Source: Octopus sinensis (lineage: Eukaryota). From it: a stretch of DNA of 64,000 nucleotides. The notes beneath the pieces are model-generated. The model was not told where the DNA came from. It was given only the letters and a program-made list of their open reading frames with translations, and ran no database searches. Of the stretch, positions 1 through 12,765 are shown in pieces; position 1 is the first letter of the stretch; each line of letters starts with the position of its first letter. The stretch lies in NCBI RefSeq assembly GCF_006345805.1, contig NC_043004.1, positions 11,904,001 through 11,968,000 of the forward strand, in the 5' to 3' direction. A program made the translations under genes and the position numbers.

Positions 1-461
1 CGCATACGCGAAGACCGGAGGAAGGAATTTGCTGTCGTGTCGTTAGTTGATAGGCAGGGGACAGCGAACCTTAGCAAAGAGACAGGGAGCGTAAAACGTT
101 GACCAACTGGGCGTCCAGAGAGAGATATAGCAGCAGTAAGCAGCGACTTGAGGCACAGCGATCGAAGGTAGCAGACCGTATTCCCTTCGCTCCCTAAGGA
201 CGCCATTTTGACCAGTTCTGTTTTAGCGGCTGAACATTGTAAAAACTTACAGCGTTAAAGTTCAGCCTTGCACATCAAGAACCAAGGGATACCAGATACA
301 CCACTTATTTCGTTCTGTGGATAACACAATAAAGAGTATATATTTTTTACGTTTGCGTCTTGTGTTTTCTGACTGGTAGAATCTGGAAAGTAAAGCAACG
401 GAAATCGTGATTGCACCAGTTGCACCCTGAAAGTACAAGAAGCATACTCATTCCCGTTACA
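1..461 (+). mobile_element. probable 3' part of an LTR (left end outside window)
   Basis: CpG-rich relative to the rest of the window; AATAAA near 328; ends in CCCGTTACA at 461, typical of TG...CA LTR termini. Confidence 0.4.
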
Positions 462-636
462 GATGCATCGAAGTTTCACTCTTATGGTGACAGTTAATAA
501 GCTGTAACTTCGGAGTCACTGACAACTAATTTCTTTGTCAAATACTGAGTGATCTCTCAGTTTAATGTATAACATTAAGGCACTGCTCCAGCATGGGCAC
601 AGCGAAATGACTGAAGCAAGTAAAAGAATAAAACCT

Positions 637-1050
637 GGATCTTTGCAGTTTGAACGGCAGTTTTTCTAGCGGTGTCATATGAAATTGTCACCCATAATTA
701 TGACCCTAGAATCGATCTATTGCATTTCAATCTCTTTTAGGGTTAGGGTTGGTTAGGGTTATGAGTGGGGGAAGGGTATCTTTTTTTCTTCACAAATGTA
801 AATAAATCTTAAACGAGGGACATATTCATACGGCACAGAATGCTTTTTAACTCAATAGACGTCACTGATTGGTTGAAATTGCAGAAATTAAAACAACTAA
901 TATCTTACAAACTATAGAATTTTCTCAATAAAGCCAAGAGAAACACATTTATAACACATTTATAAACACATTCTACCAGTATACTAATTTTAAAATTTTT
1001 TAGTTCCTTAGAAATTATGTTAAAAACTGCCGTTCAAACGGAAAAGATCC
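637..1050. mobile_element. MITE with 29-bp terminal inverted repeats and internal telomere-like repeats
   Basis: GGATCTTTGCAGTTTGAACGGCAGTTTTT at 637 pairs with AAAAACTGCCGTTCAAACGGAAAAGATCC ending at 1050 (2 mismatches); TTAGGG-like repeats near 737-762. Confidence 0.85.
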
Positions 1051-1698
1051 TAAAAACCTTTTTATTATTATGCATACATTCATACGTGTGTGTGTGTGTG
1101 TGTTGTTTTGTGTGTTTGAGTGAAGAGTGAAGTTAACAGGAAAACGTTTCGCTCGGTTCCCAGCAAAATAACAGCAGAGACAATTGTTTACAACATGAGG
1201 TCTGGATAGTATCTCGCAGCAAGGTCAGGTTATTTTAAAAGCGTTCCTACCGCCATTAGTCCCTCATCGTTTTATCTGACAACAATCAAAATATTTGGAA
1301 CCAAAAAGTCAGATTGTAATAATAATAATAATAATAAGTAATAATAATAATAATAATGAAGCAAACAAAAATAAATTGTAAAATAAACCAGAGTTTTAGG
1401 CAAAGGAAACTAGGTCAAAATATAAATGAAAATAGATATAAATAAATAATAATAATACGTAGAAAACATTGCCAAACTTCTTGTCAGCCGCTTTTGAAGA
1501 AAGGTTAAAATGCGGAAAATTAGTGAATTTAGGAGTGTGTGCGATGGAGTTAACAATGGTAATACGATTCGAAGAGAGTTCGTAAACTTGCTGTTGTTGT
1601 TTAATCTCAGGTCAATTTTGGTGAAGCAGATCTATGATCAAAAGCGTACAAGCTGTGATAATCCCCGTTCATTCTCTCTCTCTCTTCCTCTCTCCTCC

Positions 1699-1745
<47 letters not shown>

Positions 1746-2752
1746 ACAGTGTATTTAAAATAACATTATCTAATAGATCTCTAACATATGGAAGATTCTT
1801 TGTTCTTTCCTGTTTATCGATGTTATGTCAGGTCAACTCCAATTGAACATGCCTTATTCTCAATTGCATTTCATTTGTGGCCATCTCTTCTTTTTTCCTG
1901 TACTTATTTTTTAGTCTGGTATATAGTCTATCTGCTCCTTTTGTGAAACCGCAGTTCCAGAGATGTAAACAAACCAACATCGGTTATCAAGTGATGTAGG
2001 GATACAAACATATGTATACGACAGTCTTCAGCACAGTTTTCCGTCTACAGGCCTATAACCGGGGTTATTGTAGAAGTGACTTTCCTAAGATGCAGACACA
2101 CACTTGCGCACACACGTTAATGAAGAAAATAATTATATACAATCATAAATTTTTTTTTGTGCAAATAAAAATCTCTAGACAGTGCAGCTTTTTAGATGAA
2201 GTCAGTTTAAGGTTGCGAAAGCACAAGAAGTGTTTAGCCAATGATGCTTTTTGGATCAAGACAGCTATAGCTAATAAAACCTTCTGGATAAAGTCAGCTT
2301 GTTTTAGCGATGTTTTGTAAATCAATACGACTTGGCTCAAGTCAGCTTTAGTTAGCGCAGCTATGTGGATCGGAATTAGTTATTGTCTATAAAACCTTAA
2401 GGATCAAGTCAGCTTAAGTTTGTGAAGATTTTGGATTAATAGAGATAAGGACGTGGCAACAGGCACTAATCAGGAAGATTGTTTAAGTTAATATGGTTAT
2501 TGTTAGTGTAAGGACAGCATGTTAATATAAATATATCGAAGGGAAACGTGAACAATGTAGAAGGAGTAGATCTGGTTTTTGGCCCAGTTTTGTTTACCTG
2601 TAACCAGATGCAAACACATACACACACGTACTTGTATGTCTATTCAGCATCGCCTTGTGTAAGGTGCGAATTCATGAAGGTTGCGAAATGAATGTAAACC
2701 TGTGGTTAAATAAATATATATTCACCTCTCGTACTTCATGAATTTATGGTTT

Positions 2753-2802
<50 letters not shown>

Positions 2803-2959
2803 CACACAACCTGTGCTTCCCTGTCCAATCCATGTTAGCATGGAAAAACGGATGTTAACCGATCATGATGATGATGACACACACACACATATATATACAT
2901 TATATATTTATCATCAACATCACCATATGCATATATATATATATATATTCTTTTGTTTT

Positions 2960-3436
2960 GTTTCAGTCATTTGACTGTGGCCATGCTGGAGCCCCGCCTT
3001 AAAGGGTTTTAGTTGAACAGATCAAACTTGGTACTTATTCTTTGTAAGCTTAATACTTATTCAATAAGTCTCTTTTGGCGAATCACAAAGTTACGGGGAC
3101 ATAAACACACCGACACTGGGTAACAAGCGCTGATGTCTTCTACTATAGCCTTGGGCCGACCAAAACCTTGTTTTGGTAGATGGAAACTGAAAGTAGCCTG
3201 TCATATGTGTGTGTGTGTATATATATATATATGTTTGTGTGTCTGTGTTTGTCCCCTTCCCCCAACATTGCTAGACAACCGACGCTGGTGAGTTTACTTA
3301 GCAGTTCGGCAAAAGAGACCAATAGAATAAGTACTAGGCTTACAAAGAGTAAGTCCTGGGGTTGATTTGCTCGACTAAAGGCAGTGCTCCAGCATGGCCG
3401 CAATCAAATGACTGAAACAAGAAAAAGAGTAAAGAG
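2960..3436. mobile_element. two partial family-B SINEs in inverted orientation
   Basis: Minus-strand tail (cagtcatttgactgtggccatgctggag...) at 2960-3130; plus-strand body and tail at 3135-3436. Confidence 0.85.
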
Positions 3437-3652
3437 AGAGAAAGTGAGTGTACCTCTGTACACATGCTTTCATACTTACACACACACACACTCACACTCA
3501 CACACACAGATAGTTTTGTGCGAACATTGCAGTCGTCGTAGTCATATGCAAGTGCGAGTATATTTGCATATATCCGCACATGTAATTCGACTTCGCTTTT
3601 GATGAAAACTTTCAACACCAAAAAATAAATAGATAAAATAATAATAATAATG

Positions 3653-3685
<33 letters not shown>

Positions 3686-4233
3686 TAATAATAATAATAG
3701 TAATAAAGCAAGAAAATATCGATTTGTTCTTACGAAATTTTAATGTGTGTTTTAAAAAAGAGTCAGAAGTGTTTTTTTATGTATATATATATATAATCTG
3801 TGATTAGATCTGTCTTTAGAGAGATTCTTGGTAAAAATGCACATTTGCATCTATTTTCTTTTTTTTTTTTTTAATATACATTAAAATAAAATTCTCTAGT
3901 ACATATTCAAGTACACATCTAGATAAAAAAAATCACATTGATATTGATACTGGAAAACAATAAAAAAAAATGCTACTTTACACTAAGTTTGTGTGTGTGT
4001 GTGTGTAGGTTGGTTAATACAAACAGGAAAAATAGAACTTAAAACATGAGTATGTATATATATATATATTATATATATGTATGTATGTATATTTACTTCA
4101 ATCGGCAGAAGTTACAAAGCGACTCAAAAGCTGAGAGTCTCCTACATTGCAACATGGTTATGTACAAAACCTTCGGTCCTTGAAAACATTGGTAACTTCT
4201 GCTGATTATCATACAACACAGATATATATATAT

Positions 4234-4283
<50 letters not shown>

Positions 4284-4489
4284 TAGATAGATAGATATAC
4301 ATATATATATATATATATATAGGTAGATAGATAGATAGATAGATCTGGCCGATTTATGGAGTTACCCTGGGTTTCATGTCCATAAATTGCTTAACTTTAC
4401 AGCGTTTCGTCAGACTCTTAAAAAAGTGTTGGCATATGGACTCTCTTGCAAGTGGATATATGATTTATTGAATATATATGTATATATAT

Positions 4490-4760
4490 GTACGTAATGT
4501 ATGTATGTAATGCATGTATGTAATGCATGTATGTAATGCATGTATGTAATGCATGTATGTAATGCATGTATGTAATGCATGTATGTAATGTATGTATGTA
4601 ATGTAATGTATGTATGTATGTAATTTATGTATGTAATTTATGTATGTAATGTATGTATGTAATGTATGTATGTAATGTATGTATGTAATGTATGTATGTA
4701 TGTATGTATGTATGTATGTGTGTATGTATTTGTGTATGTATGTATGTATGTATGTATGTA
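4490..4760. repeat. 13-bp minisatellite (GCATGTATGTAAT)n grading into (ATGT)n
   Basis: Units readable directly in the sequence. Confidence 0.9.
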
Positions 4761-5266
4761 GAAATAATATAAGATTCAGTTGAATTAGGTACTTAAGTTG
4801 AAGCACCAAGTCAGTCCGGTATTATCCGCACAGCTCCATGTAAGGTGGATAAAATCAAAATAAGTAACAGAATATCAAGAAGTGATGCAGTACGACCATC
4901 TAAAGCGGCTCCAATTATTTGAACAGTGGCAATCATTACATTTTTTTTAAATGCAGTACTATCATCAGCTGCACTGATAAATAGAATTTTAACCAGTTGG
5001 ACACATTAATATAATTTTTCTCAAATATTTTAGCAGAGCAAGAAGATGGAAGAAATTCATGTTGTTGCTAGTGTAGCTAAGAATAGACTTCATTTCCAAG
5101 AATGGCATGAAGTCTACTGGGGTCATAGCTTGTAAATGATTGTGGTTCATTTCTAATTTATTTGTCTTTTTATCAACTACTGATGATAGCACTGTTCAAT
5201 GAAATGGAGCCACTTGAAATGGTTGTACTGCATCACCTCTTGATATCCTGTTGCTTATTTTGATTA
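4760..5266 (+). mobile_element. hairpin-ended dispersed repeat, copy 1 (Helentron-like, tentative)
   Basis: Homologous to 10218-10386 and 46318-46515; inverted arms at 4852-4913 and 5205-5266. Confidence 0.6.
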
Positions 5267-5879
5267 TATATATATATTCGAAATTGGTTAAAATGGTTAA
5301 AATGTGTAAAAAAACACCATGTGTTTCCAGAGTTTCCCCTGTCGGATTCCGTGCCACGTTTCTAACTCTTTGGCCGTTATCAATGAGAAATACCAAAGAA
5401 AAGTAACTCTGAACAGATTTTAAAGTCGTTAGAAATGCATCTGGGAATCCAATAGTGGGTAGCACTTAGCAGATATATTGTTTTTACACCTTTCATCATA
5501 AGTGATCATTTTTCCTTAATGATAACTGCTATAGATTTGCCTTTAGAAGTTGAACTATGTTACAAACATAGGTATAGGTGTGGCTGTGGGTTCAGTCCCA
5601 CTGCATGGCACCTTGGGCAAGTGTCTCCTACTATAGCCTCGGGTCGACCAAAGCCTTATGAGTGGATTTGGGAGACGGAAACTGAAAGAAGCCTATTGTG
5701 TATATGTATATATATATATATTATACATTCAATATATATACATTCATATATATATATATATATATATAATTATACATTCAATATATATACATTCATATAT
5801 ATATATATATATTATATATATATAATATATTATACATTCAATATATATACATTCATATATATATAATATATCATCATCA

Positions 5880-6195
5880 TCATCATCATCATTTAACGTC
5901 CGCTTTCCATGCTAGCATGGGTTGGACGGTTCAACTGGGGTCTGGGGAGCCCGAAAGCTGCACCAGTCCAGTCAGATCTGGCAGTGTTTCTACAGCTGGA
6001 TGCCCTTCCTAACGCCAACCACTCCGAGAGTGTAGTGGGTGATTTTATGTGCCACCGACACAGGTGCCAGACGAGGCTGGCAGACGGCCACGCTCGGATG
6101 GTGTTTTTATGTGCCACCGACACAGGTGCCAGATGAGGCTGGCAAACGGCCACGATCGGATGGTGCTTGTTACGTGCCCACAGCACGGAGGCCAT
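5880..6195 (-). mobile_element. family-D SINE-like element with (GAT)n tail and internal tandem repeats
   Basis: Tail cgtccaacccatgctagcatggaaagcggacgttaaa-(tga)n on minus; nearly identical to 25060-25350. Confidence 0.85.
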
Positions 6196-6218
6196 ATATA
6201 TATATATTATACATTCAG

Positions 6219-6312
<94 letters not shown>

Positions 6313-6317
6313 CATTC

Positions 6318-6349
<32 letters not shown>

Positions 6350-6405
6350 TTATACATTCAATATATATATATATATATATATATTATACATTCAATATAT
6401 ATACA

Positions 6406-6442
<37 letters not shown>

Positions 6443-7059
6443 CGCACTGTTTCCAAATAAGGTCTCGAAAATTCACCCTGGGTTCTATATGTGAAGTTCT
6501 TTTGAATATTCCATGCTTTAATACACTAAAAACTTATACAGGAATATCTGCTGTTGAAACTGGAGTGCGTCTGATATATACATGAGTCTCAAATATGGTA
6601 ATTCGGTCATATTAATGCGCTGGAAGTTTTTTTATTTTTTTAAATTCTTTTTAGAGAAATATGTTCTTTGGTGCAATCTTAAGTTTTCTAATATAATCCG
6701 ATTCACATATAAGATGCTTTATACGAATACTAAGTCGATTCCAATACTAGACTGATGCTTTAAACCATTATTTCTTTCTTTCCTGTTTTCTTTTTGTTTT
6801 TTCTTTTGTTAAACCTTTTTACACACAAAACCCTCACACCAACACACACACATATACCCCCAGTTGATATTTCTGTCCTGTGCCGCCTTTAATGTTTTTC
6901 TTAATGTAAACCCTGTTTGCTTGACAAATAAATCATCATTACCATTATTATTTCATCGACCCCCCCCCCAGACGGGAGGGACAGCAAAGTTGGCCTCGTA
7001 AGATTTGATTTCTAAAACATAAAGATCCGTCAAGCATTATATCCGAGTTTCAGGCAATC

Positions 7060-7270
7060 CCGCCATTGGCAGAATCGTTAGCATGCTGGGCAAGTTGCTT
7101 AGTGGTATTTCAGCTGTCTTCATTTACGTCCAGGGTTCAAATTCCGATGAGGTCGACTTTGCCTTTCATCTTTTCGGGGTCGATAAAACATGTACCTGTC
7201 GAACACTGGTGTTGATGTAATCGATTCATCCCTCCCACCATAATTGCTACCCTTGTGGCAAAATTATTGA
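7060..7270 (+). mobile_element. family-C SINE (possibly Meta-domain type)
   Basis: ggcagaatcgttagc head; central gtcgactttgcctttcatc...ggggtcgataaa..gtacc. Confidence 0.8.
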
Positions 7271-7309
7271 GTGAGAGAGCAGTGGATATTTTTTGCATTA
7301 TTTTCTGGC

Positions 7310-7612
7310 ACTCTGTCTGTTATGACGACGAAGGTTCCAGTTGATCTGATGAACCGAACAGCCTGTTCGTCAAATTAACGTGCAAGTAGTTGAGTACTCC
7401 ACAGACACCTGTACCCTTAACATAGTTCTCAGAGAGATTCAGCATAACACAAAGTTTGACAAGGCTGGCCCTTTGAAATACAGGTACTACTCCATTTTTG
7501 ACAGCTGAGTGGACTGGAGCAACATGAAATAAAGAAATAAAGTGTCTTGCTCAAGGACACGATGCCTCACCGGGAATTGAACTTTCGACCTTAAGATCAT
7601 AAGCTGAATACT
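7310..7612 (-). mobile_element. tRNA-derived SINE, E-type core with A1-type tail
   Basis: Minus strand reads ttgagcaagacactttattt...tgctccagtccactcagctg; tail shared with 25755-26092. Confidence 0.75.
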
Positions 7613-8720
7613 CTAGGCTGTTGCGTTATAATTGGTAGGTAATGGGCGAAATGCATGAAACTGAGAGGGAAGGTAACCAAACAATGGTTTAGGTTCCAAA
7701 ATTTCAGAAATATAAAGAGGATTTCTCCTTTCTTGGAAACACAATTGTTGTCTAGTCTCAAGTCAGCTTTGACTGGGCTGTCTTATTGATGGAAGACTTT
7801 CAGCCATAGCAATCCATTTTTTTTTATATTAGTCATTTCTTTTTAAAGTATTACTTAAACTTTTTCACTAACAGTTTCTCTTCCTCTCTCTCTCTCCAAA
7901 CTATATTAATCTATCTTTTTCACACACATTCTATCTCTCTCATTTTCGTACTATTTCTCTCTGTCTATCACTTTCGCATTATTTCTATCAGTCTATCTCT
8001 TTCACACTTCACGTATCTGATAATCTCTTTTACTTCAGTTTATCTTAACACAAAATCTTAGTAAATTCGATTTTTTAAATTTATGTAAATGATGCATGCA
8101 TGTATACATGTATGTGTGTGTGTAAAACATATTCATGTATGTATGCACATCGATGCAAATGTATCTATTTATATAAAGGTACGCATGGCAAGGTATTTTA
8201 TTGCATAGTATATCTTGTTTGTTTGAAGATGTCTCACTATAATCTTTCTCAGCCATCCATCCATCCATCCAATCATCCATCCATCCATCCACCCAGTCAC
8301 TCATGCACTCACTCACTTTACGCTTTATCTATCTTTTTCACTTGTCCGTTTTTATGTTGTATTTCGCTCTAAATGCTTCCATCGTTGTTATATGCACACA
8401 TATCATGTACTTGTTCATATTACTATCGACTGAGCTTTCCTATCTAATTTTATTTCTTATAATGTGTTGCAATAATTGTTTGTTTTAGATGCATGGTTAA
8501 TTGATAAGAAAGTGTGGTGCTTGTGTATCTCTTACAACAATAACAACAACACAGAAACCAAAAACCAACAGAGGCATACAACATAAATTATGAAATAAAT
8601 TATGAAATCTATTTAACAGTTGACTTATTTGAAAATTCGGCATTGATGATTTTATCAATTGTAACAGTATTTTCATCATCCTTTGCCGCCGTACTGCAAA
8701 GTGCACGAACATGCCATTAC

Positions 8721-9288
8721 TATTGGATTGTCCGGAAAGTTCATGCAAATTTTTAAAGGAAAGAAAAGGTCAATAGATACTTGCCATTACATTTTTAATC
8801 AGCCAAATATGAACCATTTTGCTGCACAATGCGTCTCCATCTTTCCTTTAACTTGGAAATACCCTCTTCTCAGAATTGAAGTGGTTTCATGGCAAAGAAT
8901 TCATCAAGGTATCTGTTTACCTCATTCAAGGAATTGAAATTTTTACCATTAAGACTACTCTGCAGATACCTGAATAAGTGAAAATCCAAAGGAGCAATAT
9001 CTGGTGAATATGGAGGGTGGGGGTAACACATCACAGCCGAGCTGCAGCAATTTCTGTCTGGTTCCCAAAGCATCAAGTGCTGAAAATGAACTTCTTATCT
9101 TCCATTTTAAAAGGTTAGAGAATTAACATAGGTTATAGGAACATAAACCTTCTTTCACGAGAAGATAGCTTAAACTGTGCTCTAAATGGGGGTGTGGTCA
9201 AATCCTATTTTATGGACTCAAACATGTTCTAAAATAAGTAAAAAGTAAGCTGTTATAAATCGGCACGAACTTTCCGGACAACCCAATA
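8721..9288 (-). mobile_element. internally deleted mariner transposon with transposase C-terminal remnant
   Basis: TIRs TATTGGATTGTCCGGAAAGTTC / GAACTTTCCGGACAACCCAATA with TA ends; minus translation HPPYSPDIAPLDFHLFRYLQSSLNGKNF...F*EEGISKLKERWRRIVQQNGSYLAD* (YSPDLAP-type motif, one in-frame stop). Confidence 0.95.
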
Positions 9289-9589
9289 CTATGGCTTCAT
9301 CTTGCTGGTTCTGAGTGCTGTTGAACCAAATTAAACATGAGGGGTTAATGAGGAAAAATGAAAATCCTTTAGAGGCTATTTTAGTTGGATCCTGTACTTA
9401 TTTCAAATTTCCGTTTATTAAATTAGACATACAAGGCATTGATAGGCACAAAGCACTGAATGCATAACGGTGTAGTTGTAAAGCGTTCCATGTGGTTGTT
9501 CTTGAGTTTCTGGTATTTTAGTTCATGATATTGTCAATGCTGTTGCTATTTTCCTTATATTTATTTCGCTATTGCCTACGGGGGGGGGG

Positions 9590-9795
9590 GGCAAAGATAA
9601 AAAGGAAACAATCAAGGACAGACAAAGGAATTAAGTCGACTATATCGACCCCAGTGCGTAACTGGTATTTATCTAATTGACCTCAAAAGGTTGACAGGCT
9701 AAGTCGACCTCGGCAGAATTTGAACTCAGAATGTAGCAGCAGACAAAATACCGCTAAGCATTTTGCCTGGTGTGCTTGACGATTCTGCCAGCTCA
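9590..9795 (-). mobile_element. family-C SINE
   Basis: Reverse complement of family-C head and central domain. Confidence 0.8.
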
Positions 9796-10217
9796 TCGCT
9801 ATTTTCCTTATATTCCAACTGGTGGTGTTGAAGTAGTTGTGGCAGTTATTGGTTTTATATATATATATATGCACACTTGCATACATATATACGTGTGTGT
9901 ATGTACGTATGTACACCTTTTCACACATACAAGCATATTTGATAAGCAATGAATGAATTAGACTATCTAAGCATTTACGACAGGAAGCACTCAACGATTG
10001 ACAGCTCTGTTGTTGAGACAATTGTAAACCATGGACTAAAGGCAATACCATAAACACCACTCTTAGCATATATGTGCATGTATGTATGTATACATGTATG
10101 TACGCATGTATGAATGCATGTACATATATATGTATGTATATATGTATGTATGTGTGTGCATATATGTATCATCATCGTCGTTTAACGTCCGTTCTCCATG
10201 CTAGCATATATATATAT

Positions 10218-10384
10218 AAGTTCAGCAAAATTTAGATTCAGATGAATATGGTACTTAAGTTAAAGGCACCAGAATTTGGTGTAGTATTATCCATATAAAT
10301 TAAATGGGGTGATTATAATCAAAATAAGTAACAAGGATATCCAAGGTAGTGTAGTACCTTGGTTATCCTTGTTGCTTATTTTGG

Positions 10385-10386
<2 letters not shown>
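10218..10386 (+). mobile_element. hairpin-ended dispersed repeat, copy 2
   Basis: Starts AAGTTCAGCAAAATTTAGATTCA after (TA)n; terminal hairpin with arms 10317-10348 and 10355-10386; followed by TATATA. Confidence 0.65.
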
Positions 10387-10432
<46 letters not shown>

Positions 10433-10573
10433 TGTGTGTTTGCATGTATGTAAGTGCATGTGTGTGCCCTTGATTCCTAGTTATATCATTGCTGACCCAC
10501 AGCAACAGGTCATTGTTCGGTTAACCAGACATCCGATGGAATGCACTCCAGTTATGATTATCCTGACTCTCAG

Positions 10574-10887
10574 TACCTCTGCCTTAGCGAAGGCGGAGGT
10601 ATTATTTCCAGTCATGTTTGTTTGTTTGTTTGTCCATGGACAAGATATCTCAAGAACCACTGGATGGATTCAGATGAAACTTTCAGGGATTTTTGGCCTC
10701 ATGACTGCCTCATGACTCCAGTGCTGGAGAAGGATTCTGGATTATTTTTCCTGTTTTTTTAACATAATTTTCACAAGCAGTTGGTTTCATTTCGGATATT
10801 CTCATTTTAAAAATCATCTCTGGCTAATCGTTGAGAGGACGTTAGTGTCGACTTGGCGGCGGTTTGTGCTCTCTGAGTGCTCTTGTT
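10574..10887 (+). mobile_element. non-autonomous Helentron (HINE/DINE-1-like)
   Basis: 5' TACCTCTGCC with adjacent GGCGGAGGTA; (GTTT)n microsatellite; 3' subterminal TTGGCGGCGGT followed by hairpin GTGCTCTCTGAGTGC. Confidence 0.75.
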
Positions 10888-11239
10888 CAAATTGTATCTG
10901 AAATTACATCATCTAGTGTGTCCTTCATTTTGTAAAAACTCAACAAGGCCTGGTTTTAAAGTAATCAATTGTTCTTTCTTGTAGGTTGAGCTACCACATA
11001 GACTCAATCATTTAATGTTGCTATCGGCTCCACTGCTGTTGTTACTGATGATGATGATGATGATGGTGATACTGATATTCATGTTGGTGCTGGTGGGAAT
11101 ATCATCTGCATCATTACTGCCATCATCATCGTTGTCATCATCATCATCGTAAGAAGCAAAACCAATGTCATTGTCATCAGCAACAGCTGCAGTCGCAACA
11201 AGAACATGGAAAACAACACATGCACTTTATATATAAGTA

Positions 11240-11278
11240 TATATGTGTGTGTGTGTGTGTATGTATGTATATACATAT

Positions 11279-11309
<31 letters not shown>

Positions 11310-11952
11310 GTAATATATACATACATGCATACATATATATACATGCATATATATATACACACATATATATATATATATACATATATATACATACATATAT
11401 ATACACATATATATATATACACATAAATACATATATTTTTATATACATACATATATACACATATATATATATACACATAAATACAATATTTTTATATACA
11501 TACTATATACATACATATATATATATAGACATATATATGTATGTATGTATATATGTATTTATATGTATGTATATGTATGTATATATATATGTATGTATAT
11601 ATATATATATATGCATGTGTATATATGTATGTATGTATGTATATATATATATATGCATGTGTATATATGTATGTATGTATATATATATATATGCATGTGT
11701 ATATATGTATGTATGTATGTATGTATATATATATATATATGCATGTGTATATATGTATGTATGTATGTATATATATATATATGCATGTGTATATATGTAT
11801 GTATGTATGTATGTATATATATATGCATGTGTGTGTATGTATATATACATATATACATATATGCATGTGTATATATGTATGTGTATATATATATATATAT
11901 ATATGTATACATATATATATACATATATATATATCATGCATGTGTATATATG

Positions 11953-12005
<53 letters not shown>
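11240..12005. repeat. compound (TA)/(TG)/(TATG) microsatellite with ~30-bp GCATGTG-anchored units
   Basis: Direct reading; explains the many Y/I/C/M-rich ORFs here. Confidence 0.95.
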
Positions 12006-12006
<1 letters not shown>

Positions 12007-12765
12007 CTAATGATAATTATGATGATAGTAATGATGATTAGGACAGCGACAACGACAGAGATGAGGCAGTTTTTGCGTTCGATGTCGTTATTATGTTTGC
12101 TCACAACAGAACAACCGAATAAGCTGTCACTTCTTCTTCTCCTTCTCTTTTTCCTGTCTTTACATTTTTTTTTTTTGTTTTTGGTTTTGGTTTTGTTTTT
12201 GTACTCTTTTTCTTCTTCGTGTATTTCTTCTCTCATCTGTTCTCCCTCCCACACTTAACGTGCCCGTCCCCCACCCCGCTACACATTAACACCAATTGTC
12301 TTACTGCACGTGATTCTCGAAAACACACACAGAAAACACACACACACACACATGCACATACACACATGCACACAGATTCAGCATCCTCCACATACTCCAA
12401 TTTATCTGTCTAGGTTAGTCACATCCATCATATCCATTCATCCATTCATCCGTTCATCCGTTCATTCATTTCATCTCTTCATTCATTCTTTGATTCTGCT
12501 CTATTCTCTTCCACCGAACATTCCTTTCTTCTGTCATTCCTATATTCCCCTACCACCACTCCCACTCCCACCACCACCACCACCGTTACCTCATTACAAT
12601 TTACTACTTCTGTTGCTGGTTCTGTTGATGCCGCTTTTCTGCTGCTGCTGTTGTTACTGCTGCTGCTGCCATTTTCTGTTGCTGCTATTTACTGCTGCTG
12701 TTGCACATGAAGCAAGGTAAAGGACGCCGTCACAGGCTTCTTGTTGTCAATATATACGTACCGAA

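Noticed and set aside
6440-6770. Penelope/LINE endonuclease remnant on minus (…ICESDYIRKLK…)
   Set aside because: Multiple stops and only faint motif similarity; not supportable without a search.
11079-12258. Long ORFs (up to 255 aa) rich in Y, I, C, M, H
   Set aside because: Translations of stop-free (TA)/(TG)/(CA) microsatellites; the same applies at 21542-22327, 29101-29614, 46826-47619, 49597-50189 and 60739-61671.
12560-12720. Poly-Gln/poly-Ala coding exon
   Set aside because: The CAG/CAA frames on the minus strand contain stops; it is a degenerate trinucleotide repeat.
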